Below are positions 1 through 10,345 of a DNA stretch of 64,000 nucleotides, one piece after another. Numbering within the stretch: position 1 is the first letter of the stretch; every line of letters starts with the position of its first letter. A program made the position numbers and the translations under genes. A model generated the notes under the pieces. That model did no database searches and was not told the DNA's origin. It was given only the letters and a program-made list of their open reading frames with translations. The stretch comes from Candidatus Bathyarchaeia archaeon (lineage in GTDB: Archaea; Thermoproteota; Bathyarchaeia; Bathyarchaeales; Bathycorpusculaceae): assembly GCA_038883795.1 (NCBI GenBank), contig JAVZLK010000001.1:128001-192000 (forward strand). Direction: 5' to 3'.

Positions 1-7
1 TAAACGG

Positions 8-1972
8 CTACATTTTTTCTGGAGCTACTATGCCCAACAGATTAAGAGCGTTTCTTAACACGATTCTTACGGCATTTACGAGGGCAAGTCTTGCGTCGCT
101 GAGCTCTTTTGGTTCAGCTTTTATCACCGGATAGGCGTTGTAAAAAGTGTTAAATTTGTCGCTTAAAGCGTTTGCAAAATCTGCAATCATGTTCGGTTTA
201 AGGAAATCGGTTGCCTCAACAAAAACTTCTGGGAAGTTTGCCAAATCTAAAACTATTTGATTTTCTATTCTTTCCTTCAAAAGCCCATAATCTGGGTTTT
301 CTGGTTTTCTTTCAGCTTTTCGTAGGATGCTGCATGCTCTTGCATGCGTGTATTGTATGTATGGTGCACTATTTTTTTCAAAATTTAACACCCTGTCCCA
401 TGTGAAAACAACTGGTTTGGATGGGTCAACTTCCACAAGCGCATAGCGGACTGCGCCTATGCCAACAAACTCTGCAATTTTCCTCTTTTCATCTTCAGAC
501 AATTGCGGAGAACGTTTCGAAACTTCCTTATAAGCCCGTTCAACCGCTTCCTCCATAACTTCGTCAAAGGTTATGTAGCGTCCCCTTCTGCTTGACATTT
601 TATAGCCTGGAAGCGTTACGAGGTTATAGGCAAAGTGAACCAAATTGTCCGCTTTATCACCATAGCCCAAAGCGTGTAAAGCTATTTTCAACTGCAACTG
701 CGCAAGGCTCTGCTCCATGCCTATAACATTAATGAACCTATCCGCTCTTTCAAACTTCCAGAGTGTATAAGCGATATCTCGTGTGGTATAGAGTGTTGTG
801 CCGTCGGCACGCATAAGTGTCAAAGATGGAACCTCATAATCTTCCCTTAAACCAAGTTTCTGTTTCAAGTTAAGCTCTTTAACCGCCTTTTCTGCGTCAA
901 ACTCTAAAACTCCACCCAAAATAAAGACGTAAGGTGTCCTCTTCAATTTTTCAAGGGCTTTACTAACGCTGTTGCTCCAAACAAGATCGCTTTCCCAATC
1001 CCACGAATCATAAAAAACTCCAGCCCGCCCCAGAGTTTCCCTAAAACCTTGGAGGCATAACTCGCTAACTTCTCTTATCAGCGCTTTCGCTTTCTCTTCT
1101 CCTTTCTCGTAGGCTTGATTTAGCTTGTTAACCTCATTTTCTGGGTCTTCATCCCTGCTAACAGCATCCAAAAGTTTTTCGAAAAGGTTTGGAAAGCGTT
1201 CTTTCAGCTCTACCGCCACGGACATCCAATCGTCCAGTTCCCGGTTAATTTTTGCAACCTCTTCGTTCAGCGAAGCCTTTTTTGCTTTTTCAAGTTCCTT
1301 TTTTAAGCGGTTAATTTCGATAAGGCAGCTGGTTATGGTATAGATTTTTCCAATATAGTGATCTGGTTTGCCCTCTGGTTTGGGTTTACCCAGTTTTTTG
1401 TATCCATAGGCGATGACTGCTGTTTGACGACCAACGTCATCAACATAGTAGTGGCGGAAAACCTTGTGTCCAATGGCTTTAAACATGTTTGCAATGGCGT
1501 CACCTAAAATTGGATTTCTGGCTTGTCCAATGTGTATGGGGTGAAGCGGGTTTACACTTGTGTGTTCAACAATTATTTTTAACGGCTTTTCAGTTTTAAC
1601 AAAACCATATTCCATGTCTAATTGCCAGATTGATTGAATAGTTAAGGCTGAAAACTTTGCAAAATCAACATGAAAGTTTATGTAACCGCCTCCCGCCGGA
1701 GCAACACGTTCAATTAAAGAAAACTTTGACTTATCCATGGCTTCAACTATGCGGTCAGCCAAAACAGCAGGTTTTTCGCCCACGTTTTTGGCAAACTCAA
1801 AACACAGAGAAGAAGCCAGCTGACCAAAATCTGGGTTGGGCGGTTTTTCTAACATTAAACGCGCAATTTCAACTTTCGGAAAAAGTCTCTTTAAAGCATC
1901 TTCTAAAACGGTTTGGCACTCAAGACGGAATACTGCGAAAGGATTTTCCGAAACCATCATTTTCTCTATCAC
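8..1972 (-). CDS. argS: Arginine--tRNA ligase
   Basis: VEHTSVNP..HIGQARN (HIGH) and KMSSRRG (KMSKS) motifs; C-terminal DALR-like domain ending APEKM. Confidence 0.97.
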   Translation of the reverse strand: MIEKMMVSENPFAVFRLECQTVLEDALKRLFPKVEIARLMLEKPPNPDFGQLASSLCFEFAKNVGEKPAVLADRIVEAMDKSKFSLIERVAPAGGGYINFHVDFAKFSALTIQSIWQLDMEYGFVKTEKPLKIIVEHTSVNPLHPIHIGQARNPILGDAIANMFKAIGHKVFRHYYVDDVGRQTAVIAYGYKKLGKPKPEGKPDHYIGKIYTITSCLIEINRLKKELEKAKKASLNEEVAKINRELDDWMSVAVELKERFPNLFEKLLDAVSRDEDPENEVNKLNQAYEKGEEKAKALIREVSELCLQGFRETLGRAGVFYDSWDWESDLVWSNSVSKALEKLKRTPYVFILGGVLEFDAEKAVKELNLKQKLGLREDYEVPSLTLMRADGTTLYTTRDIAYTLWKFERADRFINVIGMEQSLAQLQLKIALHALGYGDKADNLVHFAYNLVTLPGYKMSSRRGRYITFDEVMEEAVERAYKEVSKRSPQLSEDEKRKIAEFVGIGAVRYALVEVDPSKPVVFTWDRVLNFEKNSAPYIQYTHARACSILRKAERKPENPDYGLLKERIENQIVLDLANFPEVFVEATDFLKPNMIADFANALSDKFNTFYNAYPVIKAEPKELSDARLALVNAVRIVLRNALNLLGIVAPEKM

Positions 1973-2055
1973 GCCAATGCTCTAAACCTTTTAGGGTTGA
2001 GGTTATATTTTAATTTGAAAACAATAAAGGATACGCTCATGAGCGTGAACATTCC

Positions 2056-2907
2056 ATGAAGACAAAAATAATATTTTCAGAAAAATGCCTAAACTATGGA
2101 TTCACACACATAGAAAGCCCTGAAAGGGTTAGAAAAGCCTGCGAAATCTTAAAGCAGAAAGGCTACGAATTTTTAACGCCCGAACCAGCCCCAGAAGAAG
2201 CCTTGCTGAAGGTTCATGACGCTGAATACTTATGGAATCTAAAAAAGGGTTTCGTAGAAGACGCAGACACACCAGCCTACGAAAACATATACGAATACGC
2301 AAAACTTTCCGCCGGAGGAGCCATTTTAGCAGCAGAAACCAATGGTTTTTCCCTCATGAGACCCCCAGGACACCATGCGGGCAGAAGTGGCACCGCCATG
2401 GGGGCATATACAAGAGGTTTTTGTTATCTAAACAACATTGCCATAGCAGTGAAGCATTTGAACAAGCCAACCCTAATTTTGGACATTGACGGCCATCATG
2501 GAAACGGAACCCAAGAAATTTTCTCCAAAGACCCAAAAGTAACTTATATTTCACTCCATAGGCATCCGCATTATCCAGGAACAGGCTATGGTTGCGAGGA
2601 AAACTGCCTAAACTTTCCATTATGGGCAGATTGCGGAGAAGAAGTTTACTTAAAAACGTTAGATGAAGCTCTAAGTAAAGTTAACATGGAGAAGTTTGAA
2701 ATAGTGGCGGTTTCTGCAGGCTTTGATGCCCACGCTGGAGATTTAGCTTCTTTGGGTTTAACGGAAAAGACTTATAGAGAAATAGGAAAGCGCATAGCAT
2801 CTTTGAAAAAACCCACATTCTTCGTTTTGGAAGGCGGCTACCATGGCGAAAACATCGGAAGAGATATCGACCAATTGTTAAAGGGAATGGAAACATCAAC
2901 CCGTTAA
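2056..2907 (+). CDS. Histone deacetylase-family (Zn-dependent) amidohydrolase
   Basis: ESPERV, RPPGHHA, GFCYLNN, DIDGHHGNGTQ, SAGFDAH and LEGGY motifs. Confidence 0.93.
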   Translation: MKTKIIFSEKCLNYGFTHIESPERVRKACEILKQKGYEFLTPEPAPEEALLKVHDAEYLWNLKKGFVEDADTPAYENIYEYAKLSAGGAILAAETNGFSLMRPPGHHAGRSGTAMGAYTRGFCYLNNIAIAVKHLNKPTLILDIDGHHGNGTQEIFSKDPKVTYISLHRHPHYPGTGYGCEENCLNFPLWADCGEEVYLKTLDEALSKVNMEKFEIVAVSAGFDAHAGDLASLGLTEKTYREIGKRIASLKKPTFFVLEGGYHGENIGRDIDQLLKGMETSTR

Positions 2908-3002
2908 TTTTTTATGTAAAATTTGTATGGTTAATTTCCTTTTTAGTGGAAGCGATAAGTTTTTAAATTTCTCCAAAATATTTTCGCCGAGAGGGTTTTA
3001 AA

Positions 3003-4376
3003 ATGGCTGAAATAAAGGAGGTCCCCTCCAAAATCAGCCGTTTTGAACGAGTAGGAGCCCACACACACATTAAAGGTTTAGGATTAGACAAGAATTTGAA
3101 AGCAGTAAAAGTTAAGGATGGCATGGTCGGCCAAGAAAAAGCTAGGGAAGCTGCTGGCCTCGTTGTTGAAATGATAAAAGAGGGAAAGTTAAGCGGAAAA
3201 ACTGTGATTTTGGCTGGTCCACCGGGAACTGGCAAGACCGCCATTGCCGTTGCCATATCACGAGAGTTAGGTCCCAACGTTCCCTTCATACAGATGAGCG
3301 GTAGCGAAATTTACAGCAGCGAACGTAAAAAAACCGAAGTTTTAATTGAAGCCATGAGGAAATGCATTGGAGTTGAAATTCATGAAATGCGCAAAGTTTA
3401 CGAAGGTGAAGTTGTAGGCATCGATATAAGAACCACATCGCATCCTTACAATCCATACCAAAAGGTTCCAGAAAGTGTACGAATAACATTAAAAACTACA
3501 AAACAAGAAAAAACCATTGAAGCAGGAGCCTCCATTGCCCAACAAATAATTCAGCAAGGAATAACAGAGGGACATGTCATCCAAATAGATGCGGAAACCG
3601 GAAGAGTGGCAAACCTCGGTTTAAGTTTAGAAAGCACAAAAGGCAAAACCTATGATGTGGATACAAGCCAAAAAATTCCAAGACCCACGGGCGATGTTTT
3701 AAAGGAGAAAGAATTTGTTTATTCGCTTACTTTGGCGGATTTAGATGAGCTCAACGCGAGACAACGCTCTGGAGGATTTTTCTCGCTGTTTTTTGGAGGT
3801 TCAGAATCAAAGGAAATAGATACGGAAGTGCGCATGGCTGTGGACCAACAAGTAAAGGAGTGGGTGGATTCTGGAAAAGCCTTCATACATCCAGGTGTCC
3901 TATTCATCGACGACAGTCACCTATTAGATTTAGAAGCCTTCAGCTTTTTGGGAAGAGCCCTAGAAAGCGAGCTTGTTCCGATAATCATTTTGGCAACAAA
4001 CCGCGGCGTAACAACAATCCGTGGCACAGACGTAAAAAGCCCCATGGGTTTCCCATTAGACCTTCTGGACCGTTCAGTAATAATCGCCACTCATGAGTAT
4101 GACGCAGAAAGCATAAGGGAAATCCTAAGCATAAGAGCAAGAGAAGAAAAAGTAACAATAGAGAACGACGCATTAGAAAGGCTGACAAATATTGGAGCAA
4201 AATCTTCGCTTCGTTACGCCGTACAACTCCTCAGCCTAGCAGCCCAAAACGCGGCTGCCATGAAACGCAAGAGCGTTACTCTTGAGGATGTGGAGAGGGT
4301 TGATGCCCTATTCATGGATATAGGCGAAGCCAGCGAACACCTGAGAAAATATGAAGAAAAACTCATGTACCATTAA
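3003..4376 (+). CDS. RuvB-like TIP49/Rvb AAA+ ATPase
   Basis: AHTHIKGLGL N-terminus, GPPGTGKT Walker A, PGVLFIDD Walker B, ATNRG, DLLDR, SLRYAVQLL. Confidence 0.95.
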   Translation: MAEIKEVPSKISRFERVGAHTHIKGLGLDKNLKAVKVKDGMVGQEKAREAAGLVVEMIKEGKLSGKTVILAGPPGTGKTAIAVAISRELGPNVPFIQMSGSEIYSSERKKTEVLIEAMRKCIGVEIHEMRKVYEGEVVGIDIRTTSHPYNPYQKVPESVRITLKTTKQEKTIEAGASIAQQIIQQGITEGHVIQIDAETGRVANLGLSLESTKGKTYDVDTSQKIPRPTGDVLKEKEFVYSLTLADLDELNARQRSGGFFSLFFGGSESKEIDTEVRMAVDQQVKEWVDSGKAFIHPGVLFIDDSHLLDLEAFSFLGRALESELVPIIILATNRGVTTIRGTDVKSPMGFPLDLLDRSVIIATHEYDAESIREILSIRAREEKVTIENDALERLTNIGAKSSLRYAVQLLSLAAQNAAAMKRKSVTLEDVERVDALFMDIGEASEHLRKYEEKLMYH

Positions 4377-4498
4377 AAATAACACAATTTTTCTCTAAAA
4401 CTGCAGTTTGAAGCTTCTTTAAGCCGTAACTCTGTAAACCCTAACACCAATTTTAAATAGAAGTTCAAAAGAAACGTTCAGTACGGAGTATTGATTAT

Positions 4499-5293
4499 TT
4501 GAAACGTTTAAACCCTTTTGATGTGGGTCGAATAATTGTTACTGGTGGAAGAAAAATTTTTGGTTTCGCCTTGGAGGCATGCTACGAAAAAAGTGTTTTG
4601 CGCCAGCTTGGGGAGTTGGCGGAAAAACAGGGTGTCATAGTGCGCTACATTCAAATTTCAATGCCAAAACCATCAGATGAAACAGCTAAAGCAGTAGCCT
4701 TCATCGACTTTTCACAGTCGCAGCTTTCACCAGAAGAGGCAGAAAAAATTCTCAAAAACCAAAAGTTTGTTAAATCAGTCAAACTCCTAAAACCAGTGGC
4801 TGACAAATTTGTTAGTGATTCACACTATTTCCCATTAACAATAATGGATGAGAGAGCATTAATTTTTAGAAAAGAAATTTACGAAGGAATTTTTAAGGGC
4901 GTAAGAAGCCAGTTCGGTACAGCGGGCGAAGCCTTTCTTTATTATATAGGATTTGAGATTGGAAAACGTGCATACCTGAGTTATAGCAAATTGTCTGGAA
5001 CCGAGGATTTTGAAGCCTTAATCGCCACGGCAAAAGCCGTCAACCTAACCCTTGGCTGGAGCATCCTTAAAGAAGCAAAAATAAATGGAAAAGCAAAAAC
5101 CGCAACAATCACCCTACTAGAAAATTTTGAATGTAACCTTGCAAGAGGCTATGGAAAAGCTTACAGCCAATTCTACAGAGGAGCCATAGCAGGCATCTTC
5201 ACCCAATACTTTAAAACCGAAATGAAAGCCGAGGAAACCAAATGCGTAGCAAAAGGAGACCCATACTGCCAATTTGAAATTAAGCAAGCATAA
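4499..5293 (+). CDS. V4R-domain protein with N-terminal ACT-like domain
   Basis: ENFEC...RGAIAG...EETKCVAKGDPYCQF V4R signature; TTG start. Confidence 0.8.
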   Translation: MKRLNPFDVGRIIVTGGRKIFGFALEACYEKSVLRQLGELAEKQGVIVRYIQISMPKPSDETAKAVAFIDFSQSQLSPEEAEKILKNQKFVKSVKLLKPVADKFVSDSHYFPLTIMDERALIFRKEIYEGIFKGVRSQFGTAGEAFLYYIGFEIGKRAYLSYSKLSGTEDFEALIATAKAVNLTLGWSILKEAKINGKAKTATITLLENFECNLARGYGKAYSQFYRGAIAGIFTQYFKTEMKAEETKCVAKGDPYCQFEIKQA

Positions 5294-5330
5294 AACAAAC
5301 ATAATCATTGTTTGCATTTGCTTAGACCTT

Positions 5331-5409
5331 TGGCGGGCCCGCTGGGATTTGAACCCAGGATCTCCGGCTCCGCAGGCCAGCGTCCTAATCCGTACTAGAC
5401 TACGGGCCC
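5331..5409 (-). tRNA. tRNA-Arg(GCG), CCA encoded
   Basis: Reverse complement folds as a cloverleaf: GGGCCCG acceptor stem, CTGGC-CT-GCG-GA-GCCGG anticodon arm, GGTTCAAATCC T arm, ends GCCA. Confidence 0.96.
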
Positions 5410-5446
5410 ACAGAAACAAATTTGGTTATTGCTAATAAAAGGGTTT

Positions 5447-7054
5447 TTAATTGCTTTTTAGGGTTCTTTCTAAAGCGTCTATCACGTTTTGTTTTCCCAT
5501 GGTTAGGATGTATGGGCCTAATCTTGGTCCTTGGGGCACGCCTAAGAGGATCGTGTATAGGGTTTTGAAGAAGTTGGGTGGTTGGATGTTGTATTTTTTG
5601 GCTGTGTTGAAGATGGCGTTTTGGATTTTTTCGGCTTCGTTTTCGACTTTTAGGGTTTCAATTAATTCTTTTATCGCTTCTTTTTCTTCAAGTGTTAGAG
5701 TGACTGCTGTTTCTTTTATTTCTTCAAAATCTCTTATCCAGTTAAAGGCATACTCGATACGCTTTCGAAGGTTTTCATCCAAGGTTTGGTCTTTCCGTAA
5801 ATAGCCGTAACTTCTTAGCTTTTCAGTTATGAATTCCTCTTCACGCTCTTTTGGCGCCATTTTAGCCAAGAACGTGAGAAGGTTATATGGCACTTTGATG
5901 CTTGGTTTTGAAGGAGGCTTCATCACCCAGCAGTATTCGTATAAGCCTCGAAGTTTGGCGAGTTCCTTTTCATCTTTCAGCTTTTTAACTCCAAAGTATA
6001 TGTCTTCCAAATAATCAAGCTCGTTCATGTAGGCGGGTATATCTGTAACGTCTAAGGTGCGGGTTCCAACAAACCTTTTCAACATTAACAAAAGCAGTGA
6101 TTGGGGCGAACCATAACGGAACCAGACTTGTGGTGTGAAAACGTTTCCTGTGGATTTTGAGATTTTTCTTCCGCTTTTGTCAAGAAACATTTCATACATG
6201 GCGTGGGATGGCGGTTCATAATTGAGTATTTCGCGGCAAATTCTATCGTTTATCCGCACAGAGTCAGCTATGTCTTTTCCATAAGCTTCAAATCTTATGT
6301 CAAGAGCTTTCCATCTGGCAGCAAACTCGCCTTTCCATGAAAGTTTGCCTTCGCCTTTTTTCACGTTGGCTTCGCCTTTGAAGCCGCAGCCTTCAATCCA
6401 TCTGCCTTTGATTTCCATTCCTTCACAAACGTAGAGAACTTTGTCTTCTTTTGGCAGATATTCTAGGGCTTTGGTTGTGTAAATGCGTCCACAGTTTTCG
6501 CATATTGGGAAATATGGTAAGACTTCCATGTAACGCTCTTGTCCCACCTCTTCTTTGACGATTTCACCGACTCTCTTGGCGTTTAAAAGCAAAGTTTCAA
6601 CTTCTTTGTTTAGTATTCCTTTTTCGTAGGTTTCCTTGGCGGAAACGTAACGATATTCTATAGAACACTTGTCCAAAGCTTCCAGTAATAGTGAACTCAT
6701 GTGTTTACCGTAACTTTCATGGCAACCGAAGGGGTCGGGAATGTCGGATACTGGAAAACCCAAATATTTTTCAAGGGATTTTGGCAAGCCAGCCGGAACC
6801 TTCCGCAATCCATCCTTGTCATCACAAAAGGCAACCAATTCTGAATTATAGTTTTGTTCCCTTAAAGCCAAAGTAACAGCATAGGAGCGGGCAGCATCGC
6901 CCAAACTTCCAATGTGTGGAAAACCTGAAGCGCCCAAACCCATTTCGGTTCTTATAAGGTCTAAGCTTCTGCCCAGCTTCCGCTCTCTATCAATTATTTT
7001 TGCTGCCATTTTATCGTACCAAGTGCCTCTGCCAATAATCTCCTTGCTCATCAC
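5447..7054 (-). CDS. lysS: Class I lysine--tRNA ligase
   Basis: SGFPHIG, DDKDGLRKVP, PICENCGRI, FEAYGKD, KISKSTGN and QGPRLG motifs. Confidence 0.96.
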   Translation of the reverse strand: MMSKEIIGRGTWYDKMAAKIIDRERKLGRSLDLIRTEMGLGASGFPHIGSLGDAARSYAVTLALREQNYNSELVAFCDDKDGLRKVPAGLPKSLEKYLGFPVSDIPDPFGCHESYGKHMSSLLLEALDKCSIEYRYVSAKETYEKGILNKEVETLLLNAKRVGEIVKEEVGQERYMEVLPYFPICENCGRIYTTKALEYLPKEDKVLYVCEGMEIKGRWIEGCGFKGEANVKKGEGKLSWKGEFAARWKALDIRFEAYGKDIADSVRINDRICREILNYEPPSHAMYEMFLDKSGRKISKSTGNVFTPQVWFRYGSPQSLLLLMLKRFVGTRTLDVTDIPAYMNELDYLEDIYFGVKKLKDEKELAKLRGLYEYCWVMKPPSKPSIKVPYNLLTFLAKMAPKEREEEFITEKLRSYGYLRKDQTLDENLRKRIEYAFNWIRDFEEIKETAVTLTLEEKEAIKELIETLKVENEAEKIQNAIFNTAKKYNIQPPNFFKTLYTILLGVPQGPRLGPYILTMGKQNVIDALERTLKSN

Positions 7055-7137
7055 GCCATGCTCCTAATAGCATAATTAAAAAGCAAATAAAAATGTTACA
7101 GAAATAGTTAGCAGAACCATAAAAATATAGGGGACGG

Positions 7138-8166
7138 TTACTCGAGTGTTGTTCCACAGTTGGGACAGAACTTAACTCCCGCTTGAACCTCCGAACCACA
7201 TTTTGGACATTTACTAGTGGCTTGTAACGGCGTTCCACAGTTGCCGCAGAATTTCGTTCCAGCAGGGTTTGATGTACCACATTTTGGACACGTAATACCT
7301 ACAGCCTGCAGCGGTGCCCCGCAGTTGCTGCAAAACTTTGCTGTCTGTGGATTTTGGAAGTTGCATTTCGGACATAATACCATAGGCACTGCCGGGGCTG
7401 GTGCTGGCTGAAGCACTTGTGGAAGGATTACTGCTCCAGCGCCTACTGCCGCGCCTGGGCTCTTTGATAGGCTTTCGGCTGATTTTTGGACTGTTTCCAT
7501 TCTTAGAACTTCGGTTGCGCCAACTCCAGTTTTAATGTAGAATAAGCGGTCTCTCCACTCTGGGGTTGTGTCGATTCCCTCAAATTTCACATCGATGAGC
7601 TCAAGCCCTATCCGTGAAAAGGCGTCGAAAAGAACATTTTTTGCAAGAAGGCTTGTTTCGTCAAGTTTACCGTAAACGTCTGCCAGCGAATATTGGCTTA
7701 ATGTGTCAATGAGCCTCTCGTTAAAGTAACCCCTTAGAAAGTTTTGCAATCCATCTGTTGTGAAGGCGCCTTGTCCGCCAACAACCTCGTTAACGAAGAG
7801 GTTTGGTTCTTCCACTCTAAACCAGAAACCACCAAAGAACTTAAGCGGCGCAAGCTCTTTGGTTTGTCCTTGCGCTCCAAATTTTCCTTGGAACTGTTTT
7901 AAAGATACAAAGACAATTGTTGCCCTAAAAGGAACTTTGTCAAATCCGGCAATCTTTGAAATTATGTTTGTTAGTAATGGTAGGTTTGCTGTGGTTAAGA
8001 CGTGGCGTCCAGCTCTAAAAACGTCGTAGGCTTTTCCATCTCTAAAGAAAACTGCGGCTTCGTATTCATGGACGATGAGGTTGTCTCCCCAAGCAATTTC
8101 TTCGATAGGATATTTCCAAACGATGTCTCCTTCTCTCGCTCCAACCCATTCAATAACTTTTGGCAC
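7138..8166 (-). CDS. SPFH/band-7 domain protein with three C-terminal zinc ribbons (YdjI-like)
   Basis: N-terminal IVWKYP..LIVHEYEAAVFFRDGK..GRHVLTTANLP band-7 pattern; three CPKC..KFCxNCG repeats. Confidence 0.85.
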   Translation of the reverse strand: MPKVIEWVGAREGDIVWKYPIEEIAWGDNLIVHEYEAAVFFRDGKAYDVFRAGRHVLTTANLPLLTNIISKIAGFDKVPFRATIVFVSLKQFQGKFGAQGQTKELAPLKFFGGFWFRVEEPNLFVNEVVGGQGAFTTDGLQNFLRGYFNERLIDTLSQYSLADVYGKLDETSLLAKNVLFDAFSRIGLELIDVKFEGIDTTPEWRDRLFYIKTGVGATEVLRMETVQKSAESLSKSPGAAVGAGAVILPQVLQPAPAPAVPMVLCPKCNFQNPQTAKFCSNCGAPLQAVGITCPKCGTSNPAGTKFCGNCGTPLQATSKCPKCGSEVQAGVKFCPNCGTTLE

Positions 8167-8183
8167 GCTAATTTCACCTCCTT

Positions 8184-9416
8184 TTAAATCGTTCCTTTAG
8201 GAATCCAAGGTCTTTGCCCAGCAATAACGCTTCCATTACATGCGTCAACTATCACGGAAAATGATTTGCCGCCCATACGATATTCTATAAACCACCAAGG
8301 CGCATATATTAATTCGGGCTCCTCCATGGGGTAAGCTCCAACATTAAACCGTGAAACAAAAGTGTATCTTGACCTTAACTCCTGTAGGGCTAATCCCTTT
8401 GCTTTTTCCTTAGCCTCTTGAGCGCTTACTTCCACATTAAGCGTTTCCTCACCAGTTTTCCTAAAAGGCTCCTTCCTATCCAAAGGAATTTTGTAGGCGC
8501 CCACATCTGGCTGATATTGGGCTGCTTTTCGTGCCACGACAAGGACATCCATTGTTTCGCTTACGGAAACTCTTTCTTTTCTGTCGGCTAACGCTTTTCC
8601 TGCTCCTTTTCCAGCTCCGCCGAAAATGCTTCCAAGGGCTCCTCCTAAAGCCTGCATGGCCACTTCTTGGGCGAGTTGACTCTTTGTGTCCTTTGCCTTT
8701 ACCAGTGCCTTTTTGCCTTCAAGGTCTCCTTCAAGCTGAACAGTTACAGCCCAATTTGGAACATAACGAAGAACAATGGCGCCCCATTCAGCACGTTCAG
8801 CCATGCCCCGAGTAACAAGAATTCCTTTTGCTACATGATTTTTGGCTATTTCCAGCGTCTGAGAACCAGTAAGCAGTATAGGCAGCATGCTGCATCTTGG
8901 TGGTTGTTCGCCAGTTATGTTGTTGACGTACCCGCAATAGTTGCAAACTACGAGAACTTCTTCTGGATTGTATGTAAGTGGGGCTCCGCAGTGCATGCAC
9001 GCTTCAAGTTTAGGTTTCAATGGTTGCGGTGGTTGCAGTTGAGTTGGAGAGGGCGCTGCCATTGGGGGCGCTGGTGAAATCACGCCTAAACTTTTGGATA
9101 TTTCTATGGCTTCCTGTTTCTGTTGTTCTTTCCAGCCAATCAAAGCACTTGGATTGTCGCATGAATTCGCCAAAGCTTGCTCCACAACATCCATCAAATC
9201 GCTTGGTCCATCAACTTCCACATAAACGTCTTCTGGTACGCCTCTAACTTTGACTGTTGCCTTTTCAAAAAACCCCTTCTTCAGTTCAAGCATGAAGCTT
9301 CTTTCGCCTGGAATAACTTTCTTAGTACTCCAACCAACCTGTTTAAGGTATTCGGGGAGAACTTGTTGAAAATTTGCCATTCTTACTCCTATTTGGCGAT
9401 AGCGAGCTGAAGTCAT
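8184..9416 (-). CDS. Zinc-ribbon protein (YdjG-like core) with extra N-terminal domain and Pro-rich linker
   Basis: CMHCGAP..CNYCG; C-terminal APWWFIEY..VIVDACNGSVIAGQRP parallels the 10346..11098 product; alternative ATG near 9380. Confidence 0.7.
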   Translation of the reverse strand: MTSARYRQIGVRMANFQQVLPEYLKQVGWSTKKVIPGERSFMLELKKGFFEKATVKVRGVPEDVYVEVDGPSDLMDVVEQALANSCDNPSALIGWKEQQKQEAIEISKSLGVISPAPPMAAPSPTQLQPPQPLKPKLEACMHCGAPLTYNPEEVLVVCNYCGYVNNITGEQPPRCSMLPILLTGSQTLEIAKNHVAKGILVTRGMAERAEWGAIVLRYVPNWAVTVQLEGDLEGKKALVKAKDTKSQLAQEVAMQALGGALGSIFGGAGKGAGKALADRKERVSVSETMDVLVVARKAAQYQPDVGAYKIPLDRKEPFRKTGEETLNVEVSAQEAKEKAKGLALQELRSRYTFVSRFNVGAYPMEEPELIYAPWWFIEYRMGGKSFSVIVDACNGSVIAGQRPWIPKGTI

Positions 9417-9949
9417 CCTCCCAATCCTCTAAGGATTTCCGACCTCTTATCCACAAGGCCATCTAGTTCTTCAACTTTCGATATTAGTTCGTCCATTGCT
9501 GTTCGCCAATCGTCTTTTCCAGGTTCTAGCGCGTTTACTTTTTCAACGTCGGCTTTTATGGCTTCAGCTTTTTCTATTAAACTTACGTCATATTCGAGTA
9601 CAGTGTCAAGCTTGTCCTCCTTAACTTTGACAGCGTCAAACATTCCAGCATATCCGGCAACCGCCCTATCTATGCGTTGGGTTACTCTATCAATGCGGGC
9701 TGTAAGCGTATCAAACCTAAAGGTGTCTTCGCTTGAAAGTTTTTGGATGAGAGCGGGGTTTGCAAATTTTCTTCTGAAAGCGGTTTTTGCAGCCTTAAGC
9801 CTATTCACAACCTCCATCCGCACAAGACGGTCGCTTTCCCGTCGCAGTTCCTTCTCTTTGTAGCCTCTATATCCAGGAATATACCCCATAATTCTCTCGA
9901 GAAGACTTCTTTCTTTTCGCACTTTTTCAAAATAGTCTTTTCCACTCAT
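9413..9949 (-). CDS. Conserved all-helical hypothetical protein
   Basis: 178-aa charged helical ORF (IPGYRGYKEKELRRESD, GYAGMFDAVKV); ATGA overlaps with both neighbours. Confidence 0.75.
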   Translation of the reverse strand: MSGKDYFEKVRKERSLLERIMGYIPGYRGYKEKELRRESDRLVRMEVVNRLKAAKTAFRRKFANPALIQKLSSEDTFRFDTLTARIDRVTQRIDRAVAGYAGMFDAVKVKEDKLDTVLEYDVSLIEKAEAIKADVEKVNALEPGKDDWRTAMDELISKVEELDGLVDKRSEILRGLGG

Positions 9950-10299
9950 TTCTTGCTCCTCCAGTATGCAACTATACCTATAACAGCAACAACAATTAAA
10001 AATATGCCTAAAATAACGAAAGTGTTCACCACATTATAGAAGGCGGAAGCCGCTGCAATGGCAAACATTATGACGCCCCAAACCAGATAATAAGTTGATT
10101 CCTTACCAGCCATAAAAGAGAAAACTATAGTGTAAACCCCGAGAGGACCCAAAAGCCAAGCGGGAATATTGAAAATATCAAGCGGAATTATGTTCACGCT
10201 GTAGACGACAACCGCCAATCCTACGGATATGACAAGAATAACGAGGGCTCCAACATTATAATCCAATACTTTGCGTTCAGCGTTCATCTTATTCCTCAA
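9946..10299 (-). CDS. Small multi-pass membrane protein
   Basis: About four hydrophobic segments; stop overlaps the next start. Confidence 0.7.
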   Translation of the reverse strand: MRNKMNAERKVLDYNVGALVILVISVGLAVVVYSVNIIPLDIFNIPAWLLGPLGVYTIVFSFMAGKESTYYLVWGVIMFAIAAASAFYNVVNTFVILGIFLIVVAVIGIVAYWRSKK

Positions 10300-10345
10300 C
10301 GCATATTTGACTTACTATTGCGTAATCGTTTCTTTTAAAGTTTCA

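Noticed and set aside
5117-5419. 100-aa minus-strand ORF
   Set aside because: It overlaps tRNA-Arg and is antisense to the V4R gene; a shadow ORF.
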